The position numbers and the translations under genes are program-made. A stretch of 64,000 nt of DNA from a virus: the IMG/VR virus record IMGVR_UViG_3300033149_007571, positions 20,822-84,821 of that record. One strand, written 5' to 3'. This document shows positions 44,801 to 54,734 of this stretch, in pieces; within the stretch, counting starts at the first letter, position 1; each line of letters begins with the position of its first letter. The notes beneath the pieces are model-generated. The model saw only the letters and a list, made by a program, of their open reading frames with translations. It was not told the origin of the DNA and made no database searches.

Positions 44801-45214
44801 TTGGATGAGATCGGCGTCACGGAAGAGGTCGTTGAGAGCGGCGGACTGTTGGGAGGATTGAATGCTTGGCATCTGAGGTTATTGTGTGAGAATCCTTGGA
44901 ATGGAGGGGGAGGTTATAGTCCGAGGGAAGTGGCCAATTGGTCATTGGACCAATGTTGGTTCCGTCTTTGCAAAATGGATGTATTGGGGTCAGCAGCAGG
45001 TAGAACAACGAATGTTGATCCATATGCAGTCAAAGTTGAGAAGGATGGTTCAATCAAAGGGCGCGCGGCTGACGGATCACCAATAAAAGGACGGATCGTG
45101 GGTAAATCACTGGCTCGGCAGTTGATGGAGAAGGAAGAGGAAAGGAAGAGACAAGAGCGAGCCAGACAAAAGAGGGCTTTGAAGAGAAAGAGGAGGAGGA
45201 AGCGTGGGACTTGA
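44801..45214 (+). CDS. Tail assembly chaperone frameshift extension (gpT-like)
   Basis: No obvious RBS; reached by the -1 frameshift. Confidence 0.72.
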   Translation: MDEIGVTEEVVESGGLLGGLNAWHLRLLCENPWNGGGGYSPREVANWSLDQCWFRLCKMDVLGSAAGRTTNVDPYAVKVEKDGSIKGRAADGSPIKGRIVGKSLARQLMEKEEERKRQERARQKRALKRKRRRKRGT

Positions 45215-47570
45215 GATAGCCAAAGCATGGGTTGTGGTTAGAGGAGACGTAAGCAAAGTAGCTGGCGATTTGAATGCTGGCAAAACTCAGATTGCGGGTG
45301 TGGTAGGCCGTATCCAAAGGATGATTACTGGGATTGGTACAGCAGCGGCAGCTTCTTTTGGAGTATTGCGTGCTCTGACGTCAGCAGGACAGTTTGAGCA
45401 GACCACTATAGCATTCAATACAATGATTGGCTCTGCTGAGGAAACCAAGCGAACTATGGAAGCTCTGACTGAATATGCAGCCAAAACCCCATTCGAGATG
45501 CCCGAGATCCAAAGGGCGGCTCGTGGTTTGATTATGTTTGGCGAGCGAGGTGATGAGTTGATGGAGACTCTCAACATTTTGGGCAATGCGGCAGCAGGTA
45601 CGTCTACTGATTTTGGAATGTTGGCATTGATTTTCAACCAAATTCGTGGTGTTGGTAAATTGCTAACTCAAGATTTTCGTCAGCTATCTACTCGTGGTGT
45701 GATTTGCCTACAGGATATTGCCGATCATTTTGATGTTGCGACTGATACAGCTCAAAGAATGCTATCGACGGGCAAAGTGTCATTTGAAGATGTACGTGAG
45801 ATTTTGAAGGGACTTAGTCAGGAGGGCGGTCGTTTTCACGATATGACGGAAGTGCTATCGACATCTTACACTGGATTGCTCAGTACACTGAAAGATTCGA
45901 TTAATTTAGCAGCGAGAGCGTTGGGCGAAGGGCTTCTTCCCTATGCGAAGACTTTCGTGGAAATACTTCTCGAGGGCGCAGAGGAATTACGAACTTGGAT
46001 TGAAGATCATGGAGAATTGGTAGATGTTTTCGGCAAGTTGTTAATAGTCATTGGTTCTCTGACGACTGCGTGGTTAGTCTATCGAGCCTCTATAAAGGCT
46101 GTAGCGCTTGCACAAGCAACACTGTTGGCTTTGTCCGGACCTAAAGGGTGGGCTATTTTGGCTTCAGGTTTAGCGATTGCTGCAATTGTGTCATGGCAAT
46201 TGGAGAAGCGATTTAATAAGTTGTCTGATGAGGTTAAAAAGGTATCGGATCGAGCAAAGGATGCAACAAAAGAGACAAAGGATTTGGCTAAGGCGGAAGT
46301 GGAGCTAGATAGCAACCTAGAGAAGAGAATCTCAAGATTGAATGAATTGAATAGAGAAGGAAAGCTAAACAACGAGCAAATGGACGAAGCTCAAGCAATC
46401 ATAGACAAGTTGACTCTTAATTATGGTGAACTTGGAATCGAGATCGATCGTTCAACTGGTCGTATCAAAGGATTCAAGGAGGCGCAGCAAAGAGTAGCCG
46501 AAGTTTATCGAGAACAACGAATTGCTGAACTAACGTCCAAGGTTAAGAAGTTAACAGATGAATACTACGAAGCGGATAGAAAGTCACACGGGTTTCTTCG
46601 CTCTCAAAGCTATTGGAGAAGAATAGCTAAGGAAATCAACAAAGAGCTAGTACAAGCCCAATTACAACTCCACATGCTTCAAACCACCCCGTTGGAAATT
46701 CCGGGTATGAAAGATGTTAAGGAACAAGTGGAGGAATTTGCTGAAGCGTCTCGTCTTGCTGCAGAACAAGCAGCCGAGGCCGCTGCTCAAATGAAAGAAT
46801 CGTTAGTTTCTGAATTAAAGAAGTTGGATTTTGCTTCGGCTCGCGAGGAATTTGAATGGTTAAAGGCACAAGTGGAAGCTATTACGAGGGAATTTCCAGA
46901 ACTTGAGGAAGCTGCCAAGAAGTTCCTCGATAAGAAATGGGCTGAGACACCTATGGGCAAGGAAGCTGCCGAACAGAAAGAGATGTGGGAAGGCATTGAA
47001 AAGCAGATAACCGATGTCCATATGGAAGCAGCAGCCTTGCGATATGAGTGGGATGAGATGGACAAGGCAATGGTGAAGTTCAGAGATCAAGAGTTTGTAA
47101 CACGATCACAAATCGACCGATTCCATGATGCTCAGTCATCATTGAGAGAGATAAGAAAATTGGCTGATTGGAGGTCAAAGGCCCGTCGGTTTGAGGAAGA
47201 GTTTGCTTCTCCGGCAGAGAAGATGAGGAGAGATCTTGAAGAACTACAAAAAGCCTTTGAAAAGGGAATAGGTCCAGAAGGTCAGCGTTTGCTCACTCCG
47301 GAGGCTTATGAAAGAGCGAGAAGGGCAATTATGGAGAGACACCAACCTACACCTACTATGGAAGCTGGCCGTTTCGGCTTCGTTGAGTATGGTCGTCGTC
47401 TTCAAGATATATTTCTCAAATCCAGTAACCCACAAGAGCGGACGGCAAAAGCAACCGAGAAGATGGAAAAATACTCCGAGAAGACTGTAATAACCTTGAA
47501 GGACATAGAGGAATCAGTGGATTCGCTTGTGAGCAGAGGTATGACAGTAGGTTACGCTATGGGAGATTAG
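45204..47570 (+). CDS. Tape measure protein
   Basis: FEQTTIAFNTMIGSAEE..AAKTPFE tape-measure domain, hydrophobic segments, long helical body. Confidence 0.92.
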   Translation: MGLEIAKAWVVVRGDVSKVAGDLNAGKTQIAGVVGRIQRMITGIGTAAAASFGVLRALTSAGQFEQTTIAFNTMIGSAEETKRTMEALTEYAAKTPFEMPEIQRAARGLIMFGERGDELMETLNILGNAAAGTSTDFGMLALIFNQIRGVGKLLTQDFRQLSTRGVICLQDIADHFDVATDTAQRMLSTGKVSFEDVREILKGLSQEGGRFHDMTEVLSTSYTGLLSTLKDSINLAARALGEGLLPYAKTFVEILLEGAEELRTWIEDHGELVDVFGKLLIVIGSLTTAWLVYRASIKAVALAQATLLALSGPKGWAILASGLAIAAIVSWQLEKRFNKLSDEVKKVSDRAKDATKETKDLAKAEVELDSNLEKRISRLNELNREGKLNNEQMDEAQAIIDKLTLNYGELGIEIDRSTGRIKGFKEAQQRVAEVYREQRIAELTSKVKKLTDEYYEADRKSHGFLRSQSYWRRIAKEINKELVQAQLQLHMLQTTPLEIPGMKDVKEQVEEFAEASRLAAEQAAEAAAQMKESLVSELKKLDFASAREEFEWLKAQVEAITREFPELEEAAKKFLDKKWAETPMGKEAAEQKEMWEGIEKQITDVHMEAAALRYEWDEMDKAMVKFRDQEFVTRSQIDRFHDAQSSLREIRKLADWRSKARRFEEEFASPAEKMRRDLEELQKAFEKGIGPEGQRLLTPEAYERARRAIMERHQPTPTMEAGRFGFVEYGRRLQDIFLKSSNPQERTAKATEKMEKYSEKTVITLKDIEESVDSLVSRGMTVGYAMGD

Positions 47571-47575
47571 ATACG

Positions 47576-48577
47576 ATGGAAGATCCATCCGAATGGCGAT
47601 TGATGACTCCAGGTGGGATTCGTCATAGATTAGTCAGTCAACACGGTTCGTTTCAAGAGGAAGATGCTACATGGATCATGACTATCATCATCCAAGCATC
47701 TGACTTGGCGAATTTTATTACAGAGGCGTTTCCCACACCCACATTTGGGACATCTATTTTCTACCCCCGTCGTTTCTATCCTTACGGTCTCCCTGCCTTG
47801 CGAGCTAAGCGGGTATCGGTGAAGGGAAACACAGATGGGAGACCGATTGACCCATTTAGCGCTGACGCACAAGCTCCATCGGGAACGTATGAACCTTTTT
47901 TGAAAGTTACAATTGAGTTTACAACGTGCCCTGAAAATGATCAGCCGGAAGCAGACAATCCGTTTACATTCCTCGATATTAGAGCGCAGGCATCTGGGGA
48001 ATACCTCACTTCGGAAGTAAGCGGAGACCATGTACGTTGGCAAGACGAGGAAGGGGATACCGAGTCACCAACTGAGCAGGACACACCGTTGGAGCAGAAA
48101 GTACCGTCGGTAGAAATAGAGTGGTCCTGCAAGTGGAAGCAGATCCCGTTTGACTGGTTTAGAGACACACTGATTCCCCGTATGAGAAGTTTGATTGGTA
48201 AGGTTAACAATGCCAATATGGTATTGTTTCACAATGCTCCTCCTGAAACTATTCTGTTTGATTCCTGGTCAATGACCTACCAATATACCTGGCGGGAAGG
48301 ATATCCAGGTAAGTCCCCTGTATCATTGGATATGAAATTCATTGAGAAGAACTTCGAGGGGGAATATAACCCTATTGAACCGGAAATTGATTCTGATGAG
48401 ATGTCCGAATATTCTGGATCTGAATCTTCTCAATCTGAATCTTCCCAATCTGAAACGTTCACTGTGCAAGTTACACACAACCACATCTGGCGTCCAAACT
48501 GCGGATGGCAACGTTTGCTGATCAACGGCAACCCCATATATCAACAAGCTGACCTAGCGTCCTTGTTTGAACCATAA
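47576..48577 (+). CDS. Distal tail/hub-region protein with Ser-rich insert
   Basis: Follows the tape measure; SEYSGSESSQSESSQSET from a 15-bp repeat at 48419-48454. Confidence 0.65.
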   Translation: MEDPSEWRLMTPGGIRHRLVSQHGSFQEEDATWIMTIIIQASDLANFITEAFPTPTFGTSIFYPRRFYPYGLPALRAKRVSVKGNTDGRPIDPFSADAQAPSGTYEPFLKVTIEFTTCPENDQPEADNPFTFLDIRAQASGEYLTSEVSGDHVRWQDEEGDTESPTEQDTPLEQKVPSVEIEWSCKWKQIPFDWFRDTLIPRMRSLIGKVNNANMVLFHNAPPETILFDSWSMTYQYTWREGYPGKSPVSLDMKFIEKNFEGEYNPIEPEIDSDEMSEYSGSESSQSESSQSETFTVQVTHNHIWRPNCGWQRLLINGNPIYQQADLASLFEP

Positions 48578-48580
48578 GCT

Positions 48581-49279
48581 ATGAGTAGAGAGCTCTTTGA
48601 CGACGTCAAGGTAGGCCAACCCATTACGGCCAGTCGTACCAATCGGGAAGCACAAGTGCTCAATCGTTTGGCGCGTTTCCAAGGAGGGATTGGTTTAGTG
48701 GGTCGACACAGTGGTTACAGTATCTCGATGAGGACTCGTCCACCTTGGGATCAAGGGATTGTAACGATCACAGAATCTTTAGGGTCGGGGATTTATCTGG
48801 GGACGAAAAGGAGATACAATTTCAACCAAGCAGAATGGAGAGATCGGCAGAGGGAATGGCAGGTCGATGCTAACGGTCTTGATACAACATTAAATGTTGG
48901 TGATAGATTAGTTGTTTACTGGGATGCACAACGTGGAATGCTCGTACCTTCGGCACCTCCATTTGGAGGTGTGGGTTTTATGCTAGCGGAGGACCATCCA
49001 GGTCGAGGTCTTCTATTTGAAGTCTGGTTAGGAACGTGGGATTCGGCTACTCATTCTTGGGATTACGATGGTTCTGTAACGTACCAGTGTATTGATTGGC
49101 GTTACGATGTACCCTATCCCGAAATATGTGCTACAGGTTTGGGATTCTGGATGCCGTCTGATGAGTATGGCAAGATCATTGAAGTATGGTCGTTGGATTG
49201 CTCGTCTCCTGGATGCGAATCGAGCAGCAGTATAACATCATTTTCTGCTTCGTCTGCATCTTCTTCGTCTTCGTTTTAG
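48581..49279 (+). CDS. Tail tip-region protein with Ser-rich C-terminus
   Basis: VGQPITASRTN N-terminus; ends CESSSSITSFSASSASSSSSF. Confidence 0.65.
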   Translation: MSRELFDDVKVGQPITASRTNREAQVLNRLARFQGGIGLVGRHSGYSISMRTRPPWDQGIVTITESLGSGIYLGTKRRYNFNQAEWRDRQREWQVDANGLDTTLNVGDRLVVYWDAQRGMLVPSAPPFGGVGFMLAEDHPGRGLLFEVWLGTWDSATHSWDYDGSVTYQCIDWRYDVPYPEICATGLGFWMPSDEYGKIIEVWSLDCSSPGCESSSSITSFSASSASSSSSF

Positions 49280-49292
49280 CAGATGCTTTAAG

Positions 49293-50375
49293 ATGGCTCG
49301 TCGACGCTGTTGCTGCCCCCCGACCGGTTGTCTCATCTTCGAGGATGATTTCAATCGGGTAGACAATACCGATCTGGGTTCGGGTTGGTGGGAATTCGGC
49401 GGCGATTGGGAAATTGCTAGTAATCGTTTATGGGAGGCCGGTACAGCTAATGCTGTGGCTTTGGCCACCACTCCAAATCCTGTTAGTGAACGGGCCGATA
49501 TTACCATTAGACTTCATCCTGCACTGCCTAACTATGGTGAGAAGTTTCGCATAATATTTAATGCACCCAATCTTATCACTGATGGCGATTATTATTATGC
49601 CGAAGCTGAAACAACAGAGGCAGAACTTACGCTAAACATCAACGGCAACGGCGAACGTTCTTACGGAATTGCCGACGGTTGGGATATCACAAGTCCATCC
49701 ATGTTTATGAGGGTATACATATCAGAACACATTTACTGGCTTGAAGTCAGTACGCTAGCTCAAACTTTTTGTACATACATCGTCTCAGGCGATCCTCAAT
49801 ATGATGCTTTGGTCCAAGGTCGTCATTATGCTGGAGTTGGCAACGGAGGTACGGTGCCAATAACTATTGACGATTTCGTTTTCCAAAAGCACCTTTACGA
49901 TCTTCCGATTTGTAATGCTAAGGGTTGTTATTGTCAAGGTGCTGTTCCTTCGTACCCAGGGCGCAATTACATATCCCGTCGAATAGAACTCAGTTACTTC
50001 GGTGCGGATGGCTGTGATTGTTTCACTAACGGATGGGCTATACTTGAGTGGGATTGCCTTCTTGAAAAGTGGAAATGTATTGATGGCATGCTTTGTGGGC
50101 AGCCACTTCCAATAACAATTGGAGATGTTACAGATTTTCCACATATCTATTGTGGTGATCCTGAGGATTTGAGTACGTGGTATTTGGATCATCCACTCTG
50201 TACTATTGCAAATCCCTGCCAAGGATACGACTGCGTTCCGTCTTCGACTTCTTGCGAACCGTTTGAACTTCGATGGGATTTCAATGTGCCGATGGGTGAT
50301 TTAGATTGTCCGTTTTGCGGTGGAGGAAATCCTGGGAGTTGGTATGTTATTGCAACCGAAATGTCACTGCCCTGA
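49293..50375 (+). CDS. Cys-rich tail tip / receptor-binding protein with lectin-like beta domain
   Basis: MARRRCCCPPTGC, FEDDFNR..LGSGW, DDF; many Cys. Confidence 0.6.
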   Translation: MARRRCCCPPTGCLIFEDDFNRVDNTDLGSGWWEFGGDWEIASNRLWEAGTANAVALATTPNPVSERADITIRLHPALPNYGEKFRIIFNAPNLITDGDYYYAEAETTEAELTLNINGNGERSYGIADGWDITSPSMFMRVYISEHIYWLEVSTLAQTFCTYIVSGDPQYDALVQGRHYAGVGNGGTVPITIDDFVFQKHLYDLPICNAKGCYCQGAVPSYPGRNYISRRIELSYFGADGCDCFTNGWAILEWDCLLEKWKCIDGMLCGQPLPITIGDVTDFPHIYCGDPEDLSTWYLDHPLCTIANPCQGYDCVPSSTSCEPFELRWDFNVPMGDLDCPFCGGGNPGSWYVIATEMSLP

Positions 50376-50796
50376 TCCTTGCCCTACGGGAAGCGAGACG
50401 GTATGGTGCTCGCGACACTGTTGTTTCAAGTCCGCATCTATGCGGAAGAAATGTCGTGAGGATATTTCATATTTCATGCTCTATGAACAAGGTAAAGGTG
50501 CGGCTCAAAAAGCTGTGTCCGACAAGCAGAAGGGAAAGAAACATTCAAGCGTAAATCCTGCCACTCCCCTACGCACCAAGCGGTACTTAGGGGATCACGT
50601 ACACAGCGCTCTAAAGGCCGTAGGAATCACAGAAGAGCGGGTAAGCCGTTGGGTGGGCCGCCCCTGCGGCTGCGCTCGAAGGCGCGAGCGCCTAAACCAG
50701 TTGCACCGATGGGCAGAGCAGCGAATCAAAGGGCTATTCAAAACATCCGAAGAAGCTCGCAAGAACCTAGAGAACCTTCTGGAACCACCTCAATGA
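50320..50796 (+). CDS. Cys-rich hypothetical protein
   Basis: LGDHVHSALKAVGIT...PCGCARRRERLN; start uncertain. Confidence 0.6.
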   Translation: MEEILGVGMLLQPKCHCPDPCPTGSETVWCSRHCCFKSASMRKKCREDISYFMLYEQGKGAAQKAVSDKQKGKKHSSVNPATPLRTKRYLGDHVHSALKAVGITEERVSRWVGRPCGCARRRERLNQLHRWAEQRIKGLFKTSEEARKNLENLLEPPQ

Positions 50797-50859
50797 AATG
50801 GGCCTTGACGTAACTACAATACCGAGTAGGTTCGAGAAGATCGATAGAGGATTGGTAGA

Positions 50860-51912
50860 ATGAGTGGTTGTGTATATCTTGGCGAGCAGGTAAAAGGGAA
50901 GAAGTGTAAACAAGACGTCTATCAATGTTTCAAATTCAGTTGCCATGTGGTTCAAGGGAAAGGCAGTCGAACCGTCCCTGGATGCTTAGGATGCAAGCAC
51001 AGGTTAGTTCTTTCTGATCCCGAATTCAGGTCGAAGTGGGAAGATCCTTTGATTGTTTTGGATCGACATCGTAAGAGGTGCTCCGCTTTGAGAGGTATGC
51101 TTGCCGGTCGATCGGTTTTTTTAGCTTGTGGAGGGCCATCGGCAAACGATCTTCCTCTCGAGCGGTTGAACGAAAGGGGGATATGGACGTTTGCTGTGAA
51201 CAACATGGCCGGGCATAGCAGGTTCAAAGCCAATGGTTTTGTGTGTTCCGATCCGTTGGTGAAGTTCTCTCATTCGATTTGGTATGATCCAGCAATTATG
51301 AAGTTCGTTCCAACACCAAAGCTAACGAACAAAGGACGAGGGTTTATCAAACGGAAGGTGGGGCCGGGTAGTTTTGAGACAGTTGGGACAGTAATGGATT
51401 GTCCGAATGTGTGGGGTTTCCAACGGAATCCTTGGCTTTGGCCTGATCATCGGTTTTTCACAGAGAATGGAGCAGCTTGGGGCAACCAAGACATTGGGGT
51501 GAAAAAGACAGGAGAGAAGAAGACTGTCAACACGATGCTGTTGGCCATGAGAATCCTCCGTTATCTCGGAGCCAGTCGGGTATTTATGATTGGAGTGGAC
51601 TTCCGGATGGGGGCTAACTATGGCTACGCGTTCGATCAAACAGTAAGACACAAAAGGCAAGGCGTTTGGGACAACTCCCAGTATGAAATAACGAATGAGT
51701 GGCTTTGTCGAATGCAAGAGGCCGGTGTCTTCGAGCAGTTTGGTATTGAGTTTTACAACTGCTTTTGGGAATCCTCTCTGCGCGCTTTTCCATATGTCCC
51801 TTTTGAGAGAGCTATAGTGGAGTGCAAGGGGTTTGTGGAAAATGAACCAGACTTGTCCGAATGGTATGACAAAGCCAAAGGCAGCGACAAAAAGAAAGTC
51901 CGCCGTCGATAA
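50860..51912 (+). CDS. Maf/DUF115 (CstII-like) CMP-sugar glycosyltransferase-like protein
   Basis: VFLACGGPSA, FAVNN, VCSDP, TMLLAMRILRYLGASRVFMIGVDF. Confidence 0.68.
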   Translation: MSGCVYLGEQVKGKKCKQDVYQCFKFSCHVVQGKGSRTVPGCLGCKHRLVLSDPEFRSKWEDPLIVLDRHRKRCSALRGMLAGRSVFLACGGPSANDLPLERLNERGIWTFAVNNMAGHSRFKANGFVCSDPLVKFSHSIWYDPAIMKFVPTPKLTNKGRGFIKRKVGPGSFETVGTVMDCPNVWGFQRNPWLWPDHRFFTENGAAWGNQDIGVKKTGEKKTVNTMLLAMRILRYLGASRVFMIGVDFRMGANYGYAFDQTVRHKRQGVWDNSQYEITNEWLCRMQEAGVFEQFGIEFYNCFWESSLRAFPYVPFERAIVECKGFVENEPDLSEWYDKAKGSDKKKVRRR

Positions 51913-51923
51913 TATGGAGAGGG

Positions 51924-52448
51924 ATGGCTGTGGATAGTGACATCAAAATAGTGATCCCAATAAAGCCGGATGACTTTTTTGCCATGATGGAAATCGGACT
52001 CCAGTCATTCGGCGACCTGTGGGATGCCGAAGGTTTTGTAGCAGACTTGGAGAAGCGGAACTCCTCTGCTCGTCTTGCTGTACGTAAGGTCGCCCTGCCT
52101 AACTGGTTGTTGGGGTTCGTTGTTTATCAAAAGGAAAAGGCAACAATCGAAATTCTGAGTTTGGCTGTTCTCCCTGCTTGGTGGCGGCGGGGCTATGCTA
52201 CTGCGATGGTTGATTACTTAAAAGAGATCGCAGGTAAAGGTCGACGCCGTAGAATTGAAGCGAAAGTAAGAGAGTCCGATCTAACATCTCAGTTGTTCTT
52301 CCGTTCTTGTGGTTTCCGAGCCGTGCGTATTGAACCGAACTATTATTATGAAGCTGGGTTGGATGCGTATGTGATGGAGTGGAACAAACAAGGACATGTT
52401 CCTAAGAATCGTGTTTTCGGAGTAAAAACAAATGCTACCGACCTTTGA
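51924..52448 (+). CDS. GNAT acetyltransferase (RimI-like)
   Basis: LAVLPAWWRRGYAT, VRESD..SQLFFRSCGF, NYY..DAYVM. Confidence 0.88.
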   Translation: MAVDSDIKIVIPIKPDDFFAMMEIGLQSFGDLWDAEGFVADLEKRNSSARLAVRKVALPNWLLGFVVYQKEKATIEILSLAVLPAWWRRGYATAMVDYLKEIAGKGRRRRIEAKVRESDLTSQLFFRSCGFRAVRIEPNYYYEAGLDAYVMEWNKQGHVPKNRVFGVKTNATDL

Positions 52449-52812
52449 TGTTCCACCTGTCGGACCAAAGCAAGCGAAGGTGTGGGGGACCACGCAGCTT
52501 GTCTTCGCCCATTATGGTATCGAATGTCATCTTATTAACTTCAAGAAGGGATTCCGCTGTTCCAAACATCGTCATCAACACAAGTGGAATCGGTTCCTTG
52601 TTTTGGAAGGAAAGTTGCGCGTAGATATTCACCAAGACGATGAATACTCACTAGACTCGACAACGATAGAAAAGGGGCAAGTAACTGATGTACCTCCTCT
52701 TACATGGCACCGGTTTGTGGGGATAGAGGATGGTTGGGCTTTAGAGATATACTGGACGGTGTTAGATGCTCGGGATATCGATAGAATAGATGTGGGAGGA
52801 CCGGTTCCGTGA
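52432..52812 (+). CDS. Cupin (sugar isomerase/epimerase-like)
   Basis: KVWG, CSKHRHQHKWNRFLVLEG, VPPLTWHRF, LEIY. Confidence 0.8.
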   Translation: MLPTFDVPPVGPKQAKVWGTTQLVFAHYGIECHLINFKKGFRCSKHRHQHKWNRFLVLEGKLRVDIHQDDEYSLDSTTIEKGQVTDVPPLTWHRFVGIEDGWALEIYWTVLDARDIDRIDVGGPVP

Positions 52813-53606
52813 TCATTCCTAACTATACCTTAGTCGTTGGTGTCGATGCCTACCACCTTTGGCAGTTGTCTTTGGTCTGGCCAACGTGGAAGAGGCACAA
52901 ACCATCCCTTTTGGATCATCCAATGATTGTGTTTCATGACAGTGAACAAGTAAGAGCCAACCAAGTTCGTGAAGTTGTGGATCATCCAAACCTACGTATT
53001 GTTCCTTGGCCATTGAAGGGTTTGGACTATGGTGGTAGTGGAACAAGCAAATGGGATGACCCGCAGAGGGCAAAGATGTTGTCGGGATTCGTTTACGTTC
53101 CTGCTTTGTTTGCGAATACACCATACTGGTTGAAAGTAGATACAGATGTAGTAGCTACAGGGAGGGATGATTGGATTGATCCTAATTGGTTTCTTTCCTT
53201 TCCTGCCATTGTTTCGCACTCATGGTCATTTACTAAGCCTGCTGACCAAATGATCAAGCTGGATCAATGGGTAGAGAAGCATAAGAATCAATTGCCAAAG
53301 GAAGTTGTTAACCATCCTCCATTGAACTTGAGACCCAAAGAGGGATGCGATCGCTTGAGCCACAAGCGAATTAACTCTTGGTGTGGTTTTTTCGATACGC
53401 AGTGGACGTTCGACGTGGCTCGGATGACTAAGAAGAATGGAGGACGTTATGAACTTCCGGTACCATCACAAGATGGTTTTTTGTGGTACATGGCAACTCG
53501 GATGGGACGCGAGGTGGTGCGAACGACTATGAAGTCAAGAGGTTGGGCTCATTGGCATACGATGGGTAACATTGAAAAATCTGTTAAGGAGGTAATGAGG
53601 TGTTAG
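52809..53606 (+). CDS. Putative GT-A glycosyltransferase
   Basis: YWLKVDTD DxD motif; SQDGFLW. Confidence 0.62.
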   Translation: MIIPNYTLVVGVDAYHLWQLSLVWPTWKRHKPSLLDHPMIVFHDSEQVRANQVREVVDHPNLRIVPWPLKGLDYGGSGTSKWDDPQRAKMLSGFVYVPALFANTPYWLKVDTDVVATGRDDWIDPNWFLSFPAIVSHSWSFTKPADQMIKLDQWVEKHKNQLPKEVVNHPPLNLRPKEGCDRLSHKRINSWCGFFDTQWTFDVARMTKKNGGRYELPVPSQDGFLWYMATRMGREVVRTTMKSRGWAHWHTMGNIEKSVKEVMRC

Positions 53607-53785
53607 ATCCAACAAAGAGGGCCGAGCTCGATCAGATGATGGCATTAATGCAAGATACACTGCCATCTATAATAGCGGGACTGTTCCGGAAATTCAAAGA
53701 GGAAGAAGAGTTCAGCGAAATACAAGCATGGGAGTTGGCGAAGATAGCGATGATCTGTATGTGCAACGGGAGGATAACAGTCTAA
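53600..53785 (+). CDS. Hypothetical protein
   Basis: AGGAGG RBS, coupled to both neighbours. Confidence 0.5.
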   Translation: MLDPTKRAELDQMMALMQDTLPSIIAGLFRKFKEEEEFSEIQAWELAKIAMICMCNGRITV

Positions 53786-54477
53786 TGGCCGGACGACTCC
53801 TGAGACGCAGTGGTATTGCTGTGGTGTTGGTTGCTGAATTGTTGGAATGGGAACCAACTGTAATCTTCGAGGTGGGTATTGGTGTCAAGCATCCCGAAGT
53901 TGATATCTTTCGTCATGCGTGGCCTACTGTAGACATTATAGGGTTTGAACCTCACCCAGGAATCGCGTTGGGTATTAAGAAGTTCCCCGGTCTATTGCAT
54001 CGGATAGCTCTTGGGAGAAAACCAGGACAAGGCACTTTGTACTATTCACCCAATCATCGTGACGGGGCTTCGTTATTTGCAGGAGATCCCAATTTAGAAT
54101 CGGCCGATGTAGAGATTGATTCATTGGATAATCTATATGGCAATTTGAATTGGAAGAGAAAGGATGACCGGGTGCTGCTGTGGATGGATTGTGAAGGATC
54201 AGAGCTAGACGTATTGATTGGGGGAGAAGATTTTGTCAAAGATGTCGATGTGATCAATGTGGAGATGACTGGTGTTCCTCTCCGCCGAGGTTGGCCGGAC
54301 CCGGTCGAAGTGAACCGTTGGCTGCTCGACCACGGTTTCTGGTTGCAGTTTATACACACCCATCGGATTACAAGTGGACAGAACGATGTAGTCTATGTCA
54401 AGTCTGGTCTGTTTCGTCCGGAGTATTGCTCCAGTCCATTACAGGTAGAACAATGGAGGCTTAAATGCTCAAAGTAA
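53785..54477 (+). CDS. FkbM-family methyltransferase
   Basis: IFEVGIG, GFEPHP, DSLD, LLWMDCEGSELDVL.G. Confidence 0.85.
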   Translation: MAGRLLRRSGIAVVLVAELLEWEPTVIFEVGIGVKHPEVDIFRHAWPTVDIIGFEPHPGIALGIKKFPGLLHRIALGRKPGQGTLYYSPNHRDGASLFAGDPNLESADVEIDSLDNLYGNLNWKRKDDRVLLWMDCEGSELDVLIGGEDFVKDVDVINVEMTGVPLRRGWPDPVEVNRWLLDHGFWLQFIHTHRITSGQNDVVYVKSGLFRPEYCSSPLQVEQWRLKCSK

Positions 54478-54734
54478 TAATTGAGCTTGTGCCTGGTGGT
54501 GATGAAGAGAAAAGCCGAGTGTTAGGGGTAGCTACGATTTCCAACGACCTTGTCGAATCATCGGAGACTAATGGTCGGTTGGGAAGCTACCTTGTGCGAT
54601 TGTCGAAGTGGGCTCCTAATCAGAATCAGATATGGAAAAAGGGAAAAGTAGAAGGCTTTGATCGGAAGAGAAAAGGCCCTTGGGATTTATTGTATGTTGC
54701 TTTGAGGAACACCATTGGAGGCAGAAATAAATGA
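54465..54734 (+). CDS. Hypothetical protein
   Basis: GGAGG RBS; MLKVIIELVPGGD. Confidence 0.6.
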   Translation: MLKVIIELVPGGDEEKSRVLGVATISNDLVESSETNGRLGSYLVRLSKWAPNQNQIWKKGKVEGFDRKRKGPWDLLYVALRNTIGGRNK

